NCBI GenBank assembly: GCA_965218695.1
Contig: OZ244651.1
Coordinates: forward strand, 544,001 to 608,000
DNA: 64,000 nucleotides
Source of the DNA: Nitrosopumilus sp.
Lineage (GTDB): Archaea; Thermoproteota; Nitrososphaeria; Nitrososphaerales; Nitrosopumilaceae
Reading direction: 5' to 3'
Below are positions 9,858 through 20,524 of this stretch, in pieces. Numbering within the stretch: the first letter of the stretch is position 1; each line of letters begins with the position of its first letter. The translations under genes and the position numbers were made by a program. A model generated the notes under the pieces. The model had not been told where the DNA came from. It did no database searches and saw only the letters and a list, made by a program, of their open reading frames with translations.

Positions 9858-10630
9858 ATGAGCGCGTGTTCCTGCCCGTCCCGACCCCGGTACTGGACGA
9901 AACAGCAGGCGAGACCGTATGTTCCAAGTGCGCGTACGTGTTGGATTCCTCCATGGAGCAGCCAGGCAAGAACGAAAATTACTCCATGTTTGGCAGCCGC
10001 GCCTCGTCCACCCAAATCGTCGGAAGCAAAAGAATGCGGCGTGCAAGCCAGATGTCCAACAAGGTAGACCAGAAAAGGCTGAACGCGACCTACATGACAA
10101 AATCATGCTGCACCAAGCTCGGCATGCCGCAGGCAGTGGGAGACCGCGCCATGATTATGTTTGACAGGTTCCGGCATACGCTCCGCGGCAGGCGCCTGGC
10201 AGACCTGGTGGCCGCCACGCTCTACATGGCATGCAGGGAGCACGGCGTGACGCGCAGCATGAAAGAGGTGGCAATGGCAGTCAATGCGAACCGCAGGGGC
10301 GCAAAGCGCGCATACACCATACTGCATAAATCAATGGATGCAACCCTGCCGGTCCAGGACTCTGCCGGTTTTGCCACGCGGCTGGCATCTGATCTCGGTT
10401 TGCCAGAAAAGACTGCACGGAGGGCATTGAAAATACTGGAACAACTTGATGCTTCCGGCCGGGCCGAGGGGCGCAGCCCAATCACTCTTTCGGCGTACGC
10501 CATATACGCGGCCTTGGACGGCACGGAGGGCGTCACGCAGAGAAGGATAGCCCAATCCGCGGGAATAACTGACGTCTCGCTGAGGCTTCTGAACAAGGCG
10601 TTCGGGTCGCCGACTGGCACCGCATCATAG
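9858..10630 (+). CDS. tfb: Divergent transcription initiation factor IIB (TFB), with an apparent frameshift in the Zn ribbon
   Basis: GETVCSKC Zn-ribbon half; cyclin repeats LRGRR..LVAATLYMACR..R and AEGRSP..LSAYAIY..TQRRIAQSAGITDVSLR. The first CxC lies in another frame starting at ATG 9858. Confidence 0.85.
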
Positions 10631-10686
10631 TGTTCCTATTCAGCGTAGAAACACAACTTAAAACATGCGCACGCGTCCACCACATA

Positions 10687-13344
10687 ATGGTCGACATCAA
10701 CAAACTGCAAAAGGCCGCGCAAAAGTTCGCCGACGACTGGAAAGACGCTTCGTATGAGCGTGGGGAGACGCAGACGTTCTATAACGACCTGTTTGCCATA
10801 TTTGGCAAAGACAGGAGGGATTATGCCAGATACGAAAAAAGGGCAAGGCGGATTAACAAAAACGACGGGTTCATAGACCTGTTGTGGCCTGGCGTGCTGC
10901 TCGTGGAGCAAAAGAGCCGGGGGAAAGATCTCGGCGAGGCATACGTGCAGGCAGACGAGTATTTTGAAGGATTGGAAGAGAATGAGCGACCGCGCTACAT
11001 ACTGACGTGCGACTTCCAAAAATGGGAACTGCATGATCTTGACGAGAATGAAGATTACGCATTCGACCTGAAAGATTTGCCAAAACACATCCACCTGTTC
11101 AATTTCATGCAGAAAGGCGAGTACGTGCCACCGCCCGCGGATCCGGTCAGCATCAAGGCGTCTGAAAAAATGGCAAAACTGTATGACGCGCTGAAAGATG
11201 GTAGGTACGACAAGAAGAACATGGAATACCTGTTGACCAGGCTGACGTTTTGCATGTTTGCAGACTATGTCGGCATCTTCAACCCTGGCGACTTTAGGAA
11301 ATATTTGAATGCTGACATGCAGCCCGGAGCCGCGGAAGTTGGCGGAAAACTTGTCGAACTATTCGACGTGTTGGATACGCCCGAAGACGAGCGCCAGGTC
11401 GCGTTGAGGGAGGGTTTGGAGGCATTCAGGTACATCAACGGTGGTCTGTTCAACGAAACGATCAAGATTCCGTCATTCAACAACTATTCCAGAAATTTGC
11501 TCAGGGAGGCCGCCGACGAGGACTGGTCAAAGGTGTCGCCTGCCATATTCGGCGCGCTGTTCCAGAACATCATGGACGCGGACGAGCGCCGCAGTTCCGG
11601 CTCGCATTATACGCCGGAGGAAAACATAATGAAAGTCATACGGCCACTATTCCTGGACGAGTTGGAGGCCGAGTTCGAGTCAATACAAGCCAAGCCAAAC
11701 AACAAGCGCGCGCTTGAGAATTTCCAATCCAAGCTGTCTGGCCTGACGTTTTTTGATCCGGCCTGTGGTGCCGGAAACTTCCTCATAATCGCGTACAGGG
11801 AGATACGCAGACTGGAAACGCGCACATTGTCGGAGCTGTACGGGAAACAGAAAACGTTTAGCACGCACGAGCTGTCAAAGATAGACGTAGACCAGTTTTA
11901 CGGAATAGAAATCAACAAGTTTTCTGCCAGCATTGCGCAAACGTCGCTGTGGATGATGGACCACATGATGAACCTCGAACTGGGCGACGCGCTTGAAGAC
12001 ACGTTCACGCGCATTCCGATAGAAAAATCCCCAAACATTATCTGCGCCGACGCGCTTGAAATGGATTGGGAAACCCTGTTGGAGCCTAATGATTGTTCAT
12101 ACATATTGGGCAACCCACCGTTTGCAGGCGGTAACAATATGGGCAGGGATAGGCTGGCAACTACCATGCAAATCACAGGCAGCGGCGTGTTAGATTATGT
12201 GTGCAATTGGTTCGTCAAGGCCGCCGAATATGCTAGCGATTTTACAGGCATAGGATTCGTTGCAACGAACAGTATAGTGCAGGGAGAACAAACCCAGATG
12301 TTATGGAATGCGTTGAAGCGTCACAATGTACACATTAAATTTGCATACACGCCATTCAAATGGGATTCCGATACGACTGGCAAGGCACACGTCCATGTGG
12401 TCATAATTGGATTGTTTAAGGGAAACAAAAACGAGAAAAAATATTTGTTTCATGGTGATATGGAAGAAAATCCCAATTACATATCACCTTATCTCGATGG
12501 CACAACGCATGAAACGGTAACGGTTGCATCGGCAAGCCGTCCCATAAACGGCCTCCCAAAAATCAAGACAGGAACAGAACCTAGAGACGGCAAAAATTAC
12601 ATTTTTGACGAGACCCGTATGAAGGCCTTTCTGAAAGATGAACCGTTGGCAGTAAAACACATGTACCCATACATTGGTGGAAAAGACCACATCAGTGGTG
12701 ACAAGCGTTGGATACTGTCGCTCCATGACGCAGATCCATCAGAAGTAAGGGCTATGCCACATGTCATGAACATCGTTAAAAAAGTTCAAGATTTCAGGGC
12801 ACGAAGTAAAAATGAACCAACTAGGATTCTGCCGCCGAGACAATTTTACATAACACTTATTCCAAAGGCTCCTTTTCTGGTAATACCTGAGACTACTTCC
12901 GATACGCGCGATTACATTCCTATTGGATATGCCGAGCCGCCGGCGATTCCAAGTAAGGCCACTAAAATAATTGAAAACGCGGATCTAGGATTATTTGGCT
13001 TGCTGACATCGAACATGCACATGGTCTGGCTTCGAAATGTAGGAGGCAGACTGAAAAGCGATCTTAGGTACTCAATCAATATAGTATACAACACATTTCC
13101 TGTTCCAAATGAGCCGCTTGACGTATTGGAACCGTATGCCCAAGCAGTATTGGACGCCCGTGCTAAATATCCCGATTCCACATTGGCGGATTTGTATGAT
13201 TCAAATGCTATGCCACCAGACTTGCGCAAGGCCCACAGGGTGCTTGACCGCAAAGTGGACAGGATGTACCGCAAGGGTGGATTCGGCAACGACGATGAAC
13301 GGTTCGAGTTTCTGCTTGAAGAGTATGGCAAAATGACCAAGTGA
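10687..13344 (+). CDS. MmeI-like Type IIL/IIG restriction-modification enzyme
   Basis: ERGETQTFYNDLF, FIDLLWPGVLLVEQKS nuclease motif, YINGGLF, IFGALFQ, HYTPEENI, DPACGAGNF, GNPPF, C-terminal GGRLKSDLRYS..VYNTFP..TLADLYD. Confidence 0.93.
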   Translation: MVDINKLQKAAQKFADDWKDASYERGETQTFYNDLFAIFGKDRRDYARYEKRARRINKNDGFIDLLWPGVLLVEQKSRGKDLGEAYVQADEYFEGLEENERPRYILTCDFQKWELHDLDENEDYAFDLKDLPKHIHLFNFMQKGEYVPPPADPVSIKASEKMAKLYDALKDGRYDKKNMEYLLTRLTFCMFADYVGIFNPGDFRKYLNADMQPGAAEVGGKLVELFDVLDTPEDERQVALREGLEAFRYINGGLFNETIKIPSFNNYSRNLLREAADEDWSKVSPAIFGALFQNIMDADERRSSGSHYTPEENIMKVIRPLFLDELEAEFESIQAKPNNKRALENFQSKLSGLTFFDPACGAGNFLIIAYREIRRLETRTLSELYGKQKTFSTHELSKIDVDQFYGIEINKFSASIAQTSLWMMDHMMNLELGDALEDTFTRIPIEKSPNIICADALEMDWETLLEPNDCSYILGNPPFAGGNNMGRDRLATTMQITGSGVLDYVCNWFVKAAEYASDFTGIGFVATNSIVQGEQTQMLWNALKRHNVHIKFAYTPFKWDSDTTGKAHVHVVIIGLFKGNKNEKKYLFHGDMEENPNYISPYLDGTTHETVTVASASRPINGLPKIKTGTEPRDGKNYIFDETRMKAFLKDEPLAVKHMYPYIGGKDHISGDKRWILSLHDADPSEVRAMPHVMNIVKKVQDFRARSKNEPTRILPPRQFYITLIPKAPFLVIPETTSDTRDYIPIGYAEPPAIPSKATKIIENADLGLFGLLTSNMHMVWLRNVGGRLKSDLRYSINIVYNTFPVPNEPLDVLEPYAQAVLDARAKYPDSTLADLYDSNAMPPDLRKAHRVLDRKVDRMYRKGGFGNDDERFEFLLEEYGKMTK

Positions 13345-13377
13345 TTTGTTTCAACCGTTTGATGTGTGGGAGTACAC

Positions 13378-13650
13378 ATGAAAAAACGCCTCTCCACACC
13401 CAATGCGTTCAAGCACGCATTGGAGCGCGACGGCGTCATAGTAGTGCACAGGCGGTACATGCCTGCCGAGAAGAAAACGAGGATCCATCGTCCTGCTTGC
13501 TGGTGCGTGCATGGCATCTCGGCCCGGTTAAGCGGAGGCAAACCGCCGCGCAAAAAGCAGCAGTACTGGCATTACGACGCCTATGAGAAAGCGAGGTTGA
13601 ATTATCCTGATTCCAGATCGTGTAGGTTGTGCAGACCGGACAAGGCTTGA
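13378..13650 (+). CDS. Hypothetical protein with probable metal-binding residues
   Basis: IHRPACWC and CRLC motifs; basic composition. Confidence 0.55.
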   Translation: MKKRLSTPNAFKHALERDGVIVVHRRYMPAEKKTRIHRPACWCVHGISARLSGGKPPRKKQQYWHYDAYEKARLNYPDSRSCRLCRPDKA

Positions 13651-13703
13651 TTAGGTTGACCACCCAATACGGTCAGAAAAACACGCCAATTTTGAAGAGT
13701 CAT

Positions 13704-13871
13704 TCAAGCCTTACAGGCATGTGCATTTATGCATTTTTGGCAGAACGCGATGCCACACTTGCCACATCTATCCGTGCAGTCTTTGCAGTTTTCATTTCCG
13801 CAGTCCCGGCATTTATTCAGCGCGTTATCAGACGCGGTAAAATATGTGGTGCAATCATCGCAAGTGGGCAT
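13704..13871 (-). CDS. Cys-rich zinc-finger microprotein (55 aa, not in the ORF track)
   Basis: MPTCDDC...KCRDCGNENCKDCTDRCGKCGIAFCQKCINAHAC: five CxxC pairs. Confidence 0.75.
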   Translation of the reverse strand: MPTCDDCTTYFTASDNALNKCRDCGNENCKDCTDRCGKCGIAFCQKCINAHACKA

Positions 13872-14039
13872 GGATCTAGACCTCTTCGCCCCATGACGGA
13901 TCCGGATGGAGCACGCAGTTAGAGCAGACTATATTCACCATGATTTGTATTACTGAGAATGGTATAAGCGGTTCTGTTCAAATAGAGTGGTCTGGCACAT
14001 ACGGGTTGGATGGATGTTGGTTAGGATCCATAATTTTGA

Positions 14040-15659
14040 GTATCTGTGTAGTTTTTTGATCAAATGTTGAACTCCATATCTACAATCAGAAAATCCGCGT
14101 CTGTCTAGTTTTTTGAAACTATTTTTGATCACTTGATCGAGTTTTTCTCTCCGTCCTAATTTTTAGATCATTGCTGCCCACGGTTTGCATATGTCTGATG
14201 ATAATTCCGAGTCAAGGATTGCAGAACTGGAGGAAAAAGTGGAGATGATGGCAGGGCAGCTGGCCGAAAAAGACCGGCAGATAGCCAAACTCACTGATCT
14301 TTACGCTGCCGCCCTCAAACAGATCCAGGATCTCACGGCAGAGTTGCAGGAGGCAAAGGGCATCATATCGGCTGCCGTTGCAAGGAGCATCGGCGCAAAA
14401 CCTGACAAAAAGACGGGCAGTACCCGGCGCCGCGCAAAGGGCAAGGGCAAGGCCAAGGGCAAGCCAAGTGACCACAAACGCACGGGCCTTGCGCGTCCTG
14501 AAAGAATAGACGCAGAGGAGACGGCAGATCCCCACACGTGCGACAACTGCGGCAGCTCCGACCTCTCCGAGTGCGTATCCACGTACACAAAGGTGGTAAG
14601 GGAGGCTGCCAAGACGGAACTAAAGCACATCAAGGTGACAGTAAAGAGAAGGCGTTGCAGGAACTGCAAGAGGACCGTGTCCGGCAGGACTCCGCTGGCA
14701 CTGCCAAACTCCAGGTACGGGATCAACTTTATGATAATGATGGTCATCCTCAGGCTGCACGGCATGTCAGACCTCAGAATATGCAATATTGTCATGATGA
14801 TGTACTCGGCAAGAATCACGGAATCTGCGATAAACCGCATGGTGTGCAGGATGGCCCGGGAGCTCGGGCCGCTGTACGAGAAGATCAAGGAGGAGGTAAG
14901 AAACTCGCCTGCGATAAACGGGGACGAGACAATCTGGCGCGTCGACGGCACGAACTACTGGCTGTGGGCGGTGGTAACAAGGTACGCCGTAATCTACGAG
15001 GTGCACCGCCGCAGGAACTCGAAGGTTCCAAAAAAGATGCTCGGCAAGGACTACCCGGGATGCGTCACGTCTGACTCGTGGGCCGCGTGGAACGTCATCG
15101 GATCCGAACACCAAAAGTGCCACCTTCATTACGCCCGGGACATCAAGGACACCCTGAAATACAAGAATCCCGGCTACGACTACAAGCGTCACGCAAGGAC
15201 GCTGCGCGCGATACTGTGGGACTCGCACATCGACGGCGCCGTTCCGGGAGGGGCAGACGCGCTTGCCGCAAAGAAGAGGCTGGATCGTCGTATCGCGTCA
15301 CTTATCGGCAGGCTCGAAAAGGACCGCGACTGCAAGCACTGCAACAGGATGCGCAAGAGGCTGGTGCGGGAAAAAGGCCACCTGTTTGCGTTTCTGGAGA
15401 CAGACGGCGTCGAATACCACAACAACCGGGCAGAGCGGGCCATCAGGCCGTGCGTCATCCTGCGCAAGAACAGCAACGGGAGCAGGTCAAAGAAGGGCGC
15501 AGATGCCATTGCCACGCTGATGAGCATCAAGCAGACATGCAAGGCAAGGGGAGATGATCTTGGCACGATCCTGCGCGAGGGCCTGGTCCTATGTCAAAAA
15601 AATACATAGTTTCTTGGAGACATGGAATTCAGCATTTGATCAAAAAACTACACAGTTAC
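14040..15659 (+). mobile_element. IS66-family insertion sequence (transposase 14191-15609)
   Basis: TIRs GTA(T/A)CTGTGTAGTTTTTTGATCAAATG; transposase with CDNC/CRNC, GDET, QKCHLH, NNRAERAIR. No TSD visible. Confidence 0.93.
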
Positions 15660-15660
15660 A

Positions 15661-15819
15661 AATGGTCAAATTCCTACTGCGGTGGTAGCACACACGGCTT
15701 TGGCCTGTAGTGGTGGAACCACCGGGGACATTGACAACAGAAGTGAATACATCCTACAAGTAAGTGGAACTTCTGACGGCGACATAATTTCAAAAACAAT
15801 ATCAATCCGAGCCCGCTAG
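15661..15819 (+). pseudogene. C-terminal fragment of a second type IV pilin, truncated by IS66
   Basis: SEYILQVSGTSDGDIISKTISIRAR* aligns with QEYLIEISGTTAANEPIIQTATVRVR* of the 6847 pilin. A T-rich terminator follows. Confidence 0.7.
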
Positions 15820-16145
15820 AACCCAAATCCTTTTTTCTATTTTTTCACACCCCGGAGCCACGCGGCTGCGCCGCACCATGATAACGGCACCTACGGGCAA
15901 CATGTTCGGGGCCTCACGCACTACGGTCCAGACTTTGCTTAGGGACTGTCCAAACCGGAACAGATGCCGCTCCATCTCGTGCCCGTGCAGCACGCGGCAG
16001 CGCCGTCCCTTGCCAGCGGCCGGCAAAACACGACGGCGCGACTGCCAGGCAGGCCCGGCGACCGTCACGGTCCTTCCAAACCCACGTGCCATCTACCGCA
16101 TGCCACTATTACGGTTTAAATGAGACACCAATGCCATCCGGCACG

Positions 16146-16470
16146 ATGTCCCACGATACATACGAGACCATAACCAAGGCCGTGGACGCCGGCAAACTCA
16201 AGGAGCCGTTTCGCGGCGCTTGACGGCGACACCACAAACATGCTGAGGGACAGCATGGCAAAGATATGGAAGAATACCGGCAAGACTGTCATAATGGTCA
16301 CACACGATCCGCTAGACGCGGCCGTGCTGGGCACCAGGATAATACGGCTGGCAGGCAAACCCGCCAAGATAGTCCAAGACTACCCCAACGATCTCCCGTT
16401 CCCGCGGGATCCTTCCGACGCGAAGGCTTTCGCCGAAAAGATGATCGACGACGCGAAGCGTTTTGCCTGA
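16146..16470 (+). pseudogene. Chimeric remnant: unrelated N-terminus joined to the C-terminal third of a NitT/TauT-type ABC ATPase
   Basis: EPF/AALD...IWKNTGKTVIMVTHDPLDAAVLGTRII matches the C-terminus of the 45145-45885 ATPase. Walker A and the signature motif are absent. Confidence 0.75.
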
Positions 16471-16514
16471 CACGCACGCCCTACCCCTTATACCATTCTC
16501 GAAACAATCAACAC

Positions 16515-16727
16515 ATGGCAAAATGCGGGTGCGGACAGAAACTACTGGAGTGTGATTATTGCCATTCCGGCGAGCTGATATGCGGGAGTATCCAGTCGCA
16601 CCATGGCGGGAACACGACTAGTTGCACCGGCGGTGCCACGTGCACCAAATGCCACGTCGTCCTGCACATCGGCTGCATGGACTTGCATCCGCACAAACTG
16701 TGGCACGGGCAGGAGACCGATCACTGA
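16515..16727 (+). CDS. Cys/His-rich zinc-finger microprotein
   Basis: MAKCGCG..CDYC..C..C..CTKC..HIGCMDLH; TTTATA box upstream. Confidence 0.7.
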   Translation: MAKCGCGQKLLECDYCHSGELICGSIQSHHGGNTTSCTGGATCTKCHVVLHIGCMDLHPHKLWHGQETDH

Positions 16728-16795
16728 CGGCTTGGACACGTGAGGCCGTTCCCGCACCACCCAAACTCCTTTTACGTACCGCGTCACATGCGTAC

Positions 16796-16945
16796 ATGGG
16801 CGACTGGGCAGACGAAAAGACAAAAGAGATTGCAGATGCCAGCGTCGGCTGCAGCACGTTGGGCTACTGCCGAACTTACAGTGATCTGACGCCGCGTGCC
16901 ACCGACGACTCGTGCAAGCGGTGCGGCGAAGGGGGAACCACATAA
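16796..16945 (+). CDS. Cys-containing microprotein
   Basis: MGDWADEK...GCSTLGYC...CKRC; TTTTACG box 26 nt upstream; TAATG overlap with the next ORF. Confidence 0.6.
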   Translation: MGDWADEKTKEIADASVGCSTLGYCRTYSDLTPRATDDSCKRCGEGGTT

Positions 16946-17070
16946 TGGCAAAGATATGCCGCGTGTGCAGCGAGATAGTGCAATGTAACGAGGTTCCCGA
17001 CAGGCCTGGATTTTTCAGGTGCCCGTACGGGCACGGCCCGTGGGCCGAAGACGATCCCGGGTGGCCTTAG
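16945..17070 (+). CDS. Zn-ribbon microprotein (41 aa, not in the ORF track)
   Basis: MAKICRVC...FFRCPYGHGPW; translationally coupled to the previous ORF. Confidence 0.6.
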   Translation: MAKICRVCSEIVQCNEVPDRPGFFRCPYGHGPWAEDDPGWP

Positions 17071-17158
17071 ACTCCTTTTGAACAATGCCGCCGTGCGCCA
17101 ATGGCTTTAGGCTTGGCTGCAGGGACCCATTTTTAACAAACTTTACCGATATCACTCC

Positions 17159-17650
17159 ATGCAGACGGCATCATACCAGGGCATCCCGGGAGCGTACGGG
17201 GAAGAGGCCGCAGAACGTTTGGGATTCAGGCCGATATCGTGCCGCTCCTTCGCTGAATGCGTCCACTTGGTTGAAAACGGCGAAGTTGACGCCGCGCTAC
17301 TGCCTGTAGAGAATTCAACCGAAGGAAGCGTGGGGGAATCAACCGACCTGCTCCTGCACACGAACTTGGACATGGTGCGCAAAATCCGCTTGCCGGTGTC
17401 GCATTGCTTGATCGGCTTCGGCAAAGAAAAGAACGTCAAGACGGTATATTCGCACTGGCAGGCACTGGGCCAGTGCAGAAAGACACTCGCGGGACATGCC
17501 ACCGTATCGACTAGCGACACGGCAGGGGCTGTAAAGCAGGTAAGCGGCATGAAGGACGGTAGTTCCGCGGCGATAGGGAGCAAGAAGGCCGCGCGCATTT
17601 ACGGCGTGCCGGTGATAAGGGAGCACGTCAGCGACGTGCGGGAAAACTAG
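17159..17650 (+). pseudogene. pheA: Prephenate dehydratase, 3'-truncated at an IS5 end
   Basis: YQGIPGAYGEEAA, LPVENSTEGSV, VYSHWQALGQC, DTAGA. It stops just before the expected N-x-TRF motif and has no ACT domain. Confidence 0.88.
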
Positions 17651-19326
17651 ATCTCATGCAGAATGTGCCTGACCTAAAAAACTGAATTAAACTGGGTTAT
17701 TCCTACATGCAGCACCACATGCAGTCGAATATTCACAGAACCGTAAAACATGCCAATCCAGGAACGGCAACCGAAACATTAAGATCGGTGGTCTTTACGC
17801 CACACCGTTATGGCAATGCTGGCAGATCCGATCGTGCAGAGAATACGGCAGGAAAACGAGTCGCTCAGGGAATCAGGAGAACTCCACAGGCAGAGGATCA
17901 GGATGCTCAGAAAGGCGCGCAGGACAGACAGGCAGAAGAGCGAGGCCCTCAAGGAACGCCTGACTGATCACTGGACCATCACGTCTAGGTTCCTTGACGA
18001 CATCATAAAATATCCTGAATTCCTGCACGCCATGACCCTGCGCACCCCGGAAAAGTTTGACCACACGCTGAACCGCCTCAAGGAGCTTTTGGAGCGGAAC
18101 GGGGAGACTGCGCTCTTTTGGGAAGTTGGGAGCAGATCAAAAAACTCCGGAAGCAGGCGCATCCTGCCCCTGAGGCACGCGTACCTGCTGTGGCTGTTTC
18201 GGTCAAGGCTGAGCATACCGCAGGAAGCCCTGGCTACGATGTTTGGCGTTGACCAGGCCACCGTCTCCAGGTATCTTCCCCTGATGACCCGGCTGCTAGG
18301 AGGGATAGACACGGCGCCGCGCAAAATCAGCGAGGCTGCGCAAAAGGCCGGGACGCTTGAGGAGAGCAAGAAGATAATACCGGGCAGGAGGGGAGGAGAA
18401 CTGATGGTGGACGGCACGCACAACCGGGTCAGAAGATCCGCGGACAAGGATAGGCGCAAAAAGACGTACTCTGGCAAGAAGAAGGCACACACGTACAACA
18501 CCAACATCGTGATCAACAAGCGCCGCGTGATAGTCGCGATAAGCAAGACCGTTCCGGGCAGCGTCCACGACAAGACCCTGCTCAACGAGGATCCGCCAAA
18601 CCTTGGAATCATCACTGCAAGGATGGCCAGAAGGACGTGCCCGAAAAGGAAAAGCCCGACGTCCTGACCGACAAGGGCTACCAGGGGACAAGGGAGGAAT
18701 ATCCCGGATGGCACATCAGGCACCCGTACAAGAAAAAGCCTGGTGCCGACAAAAAGACAGGTGGCCTGACAAAGAAGCAGCGCGCCTACAACAAGAGGGT
18801 AAACAGTTCCCGGGTGGCCATAGAGCACGTCATAGGGAACCTGAAGCAGTACAAGAGGCTGACTGACCCGTACGACGGCACCGAAGAGGAGTACAACGAC
18901 GAGCTCAACGCGATTGCAGGAATGGTAAACCAGGATCTGATGTGGGACGAAATAAAACTCAGGGACGCGGACCTTCTCAAGAGGCTGGCAGAAGAAAGGG
19001 CGCGCCTCTGAGGCAGGAGGGCGGCACGAGCCGCCTGGACGGAGTGAAAGATGCAGCAGTGCAAAAATGCCGCGCATGGCATTCAGATTCGCATGAATCT
19101 CCCCCTCCAATTCACCATGAAACAATCTGCCGCTCTGATGGACAGATGCCGCACATCCGCCGGGCGTGTCTTGCTTTTCATTCTTGGAAACTAGATTTTT
19201 CACATGGACGAACAAGACGAATTTGTAAAATATGTGGCAGGTGGGATTTTCAGATACGGCCATGCCCAGCGCAGTTCGGACGTGATTTTATGGTTTGCCG
19301 CGTCAGGCGCATTCTGCATAGGATCT
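17649..19326 (+). mobile_element. IS5-family (DDE_Tnp_4 type) element; transposase 17810-19011 frameshifted near 18630
   Basis: TIRs AGATC(TC/CT)ATGCAGAATG(T/C)GCCTGAC; FGVDQATVSR HTH, VDGT, YSGKKK, HD, DKGYQG, RVAIEH. No TSD visible. Confidence 0.9.
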
Positions 19327-19552
19327 TATTTATAACATGGCGAAGATTAGGCCCTGATAAATTCTAGTGATCTGATCACCGAAATCTACCACCAAGGCGC
19401 GGATGTGGTCCAGCTCACTTTCGAACAGCATTATTGGAAGCATGACACTTTTGGACATCATAACGAAAGGTGGCGGGATTGAATCTGGAAAAGATCCAAA
19501 AACACATTTTTGAACAACAGATGACAGAGATTATCAGAATTTACCAGAGCTA

Positions 19553-20524
19553 TTATTTTTTACCAAAAATACGTTCCATTTCTGACATGAAGCTTGATCT
19601 TTTGTAAATTAGTGTTCCTCTTGCAGCAGGTTTGTCTAATCCCAGATCTGTGCGAGTGGTTACCTTCATGAATTTCGGCCACGATGCAAAAGAATAGTCA
19701 TACATGTTTGAACCCTTTTCGCAATTGTAATAATGAAAATCTTGTGATACGTCGACAAATTTTCTAAACGACATTGGAGAAAATATTTCTGCTATATTTC
19801 CTAATATTTCAAATTCGTCTCCGGCATGGGGTTTGTTCTGAATTGTCATAAGTTTTCTAAATAACTTGAATTTTTCGCCGCGTCCTATTTTCTTGGTTAA
19901 TCGTGATAATGTTTCGACTTGCTCTTTGAATCCGTCAGGAATTTTTGTATTTACGTCTTGATGCACACCCACATCCACATTAAAATCAACATCACGTAAA
20001 TCAATACGCCCATAATCACTTTTCAATGATTCAAGATGTTTCAATTGAGCCACTAGCCAGTACTCCGTAGAATCTTCATTTGGAGTTTCCTTCACCACTT
20101 CACGATTCACCAAACTTTCAAGAAAACGTGGATCATCTAAAGAATATTCTATATCCAAATTATATCTCTCATCCGGTTTTAATTTTTTTAAATTTACCTC
20201 AAAGCCGTTTTCAGTTAAATTAATGGCATCAATTGATTCCAACCCTATTAGTGATCTAATGTTGGCTCTTCTAACTTTTCCAAATTGAAATCTTACCTTG
20301 TTATGAAAAAAACTATTCTTCTTTGATATTAAAGACATTGAGTATTTCTGGATAGATTCCGGACACAGTACGGTCATCTCTCTCCCATCAATACGGAATG
20401 TATCGTTAACGTTTTGATCAATTTTTGAAATTCTATTTGTGATTTTATCTACCACGCTTTTGATAATCGGTTTAGCGGCAGATCCCGCAATCATTGCAGC
20501 ATCTTTCACTATATCTTCTTCCAA
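19553..20524 (-). CDS. Hypothetical protein (AT-rich island, gene 2)
   Basis: 323-aa ORF whose TTG start abuts the upstream stop codon. No family recognised. Confidence 0.8.
   Translation of the reverse strand: MEEDIVKDAAMIAGSAAKPIIKSVVDKITNRISKIDQNVNDTFRIDGREMTVLCPESIQKYSMSLISKKNSFFHNKVRFQFGKVRRANIRSLIGLESIDAINLTENGFEVNLKKLKPDERYNLDIEYSLDDPRFLESLVNREVVKETPNEDSTEYWLVAQLKHLESLKSDYGRIDLRDVDFNVDVGVHQDVNTKIPDGFKEQVETLSRLTKKIGRGEKFKLFRKLMTIQNKPHAGDEFEILGNIAEIFSPMSFRKFVDVSQDFHYYNCEKGSNMYDYSFASWPKFMKVTTRTDLGLDKPAARGTLIYKRSSFMSEMERIFGKK

Noticed and set aside
15802-16123. ORFs between the pilin fragment and the ABC remnant
   Set aside because: No motif or convincing coding signal on either strand.
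18600-18670. Programmed -1 frameshift in the IS5 transposase
   Set aside because: The related transposases at 38805 and 62005 are single ORFs, and a one-base loss explains the split. Not fully excluded.
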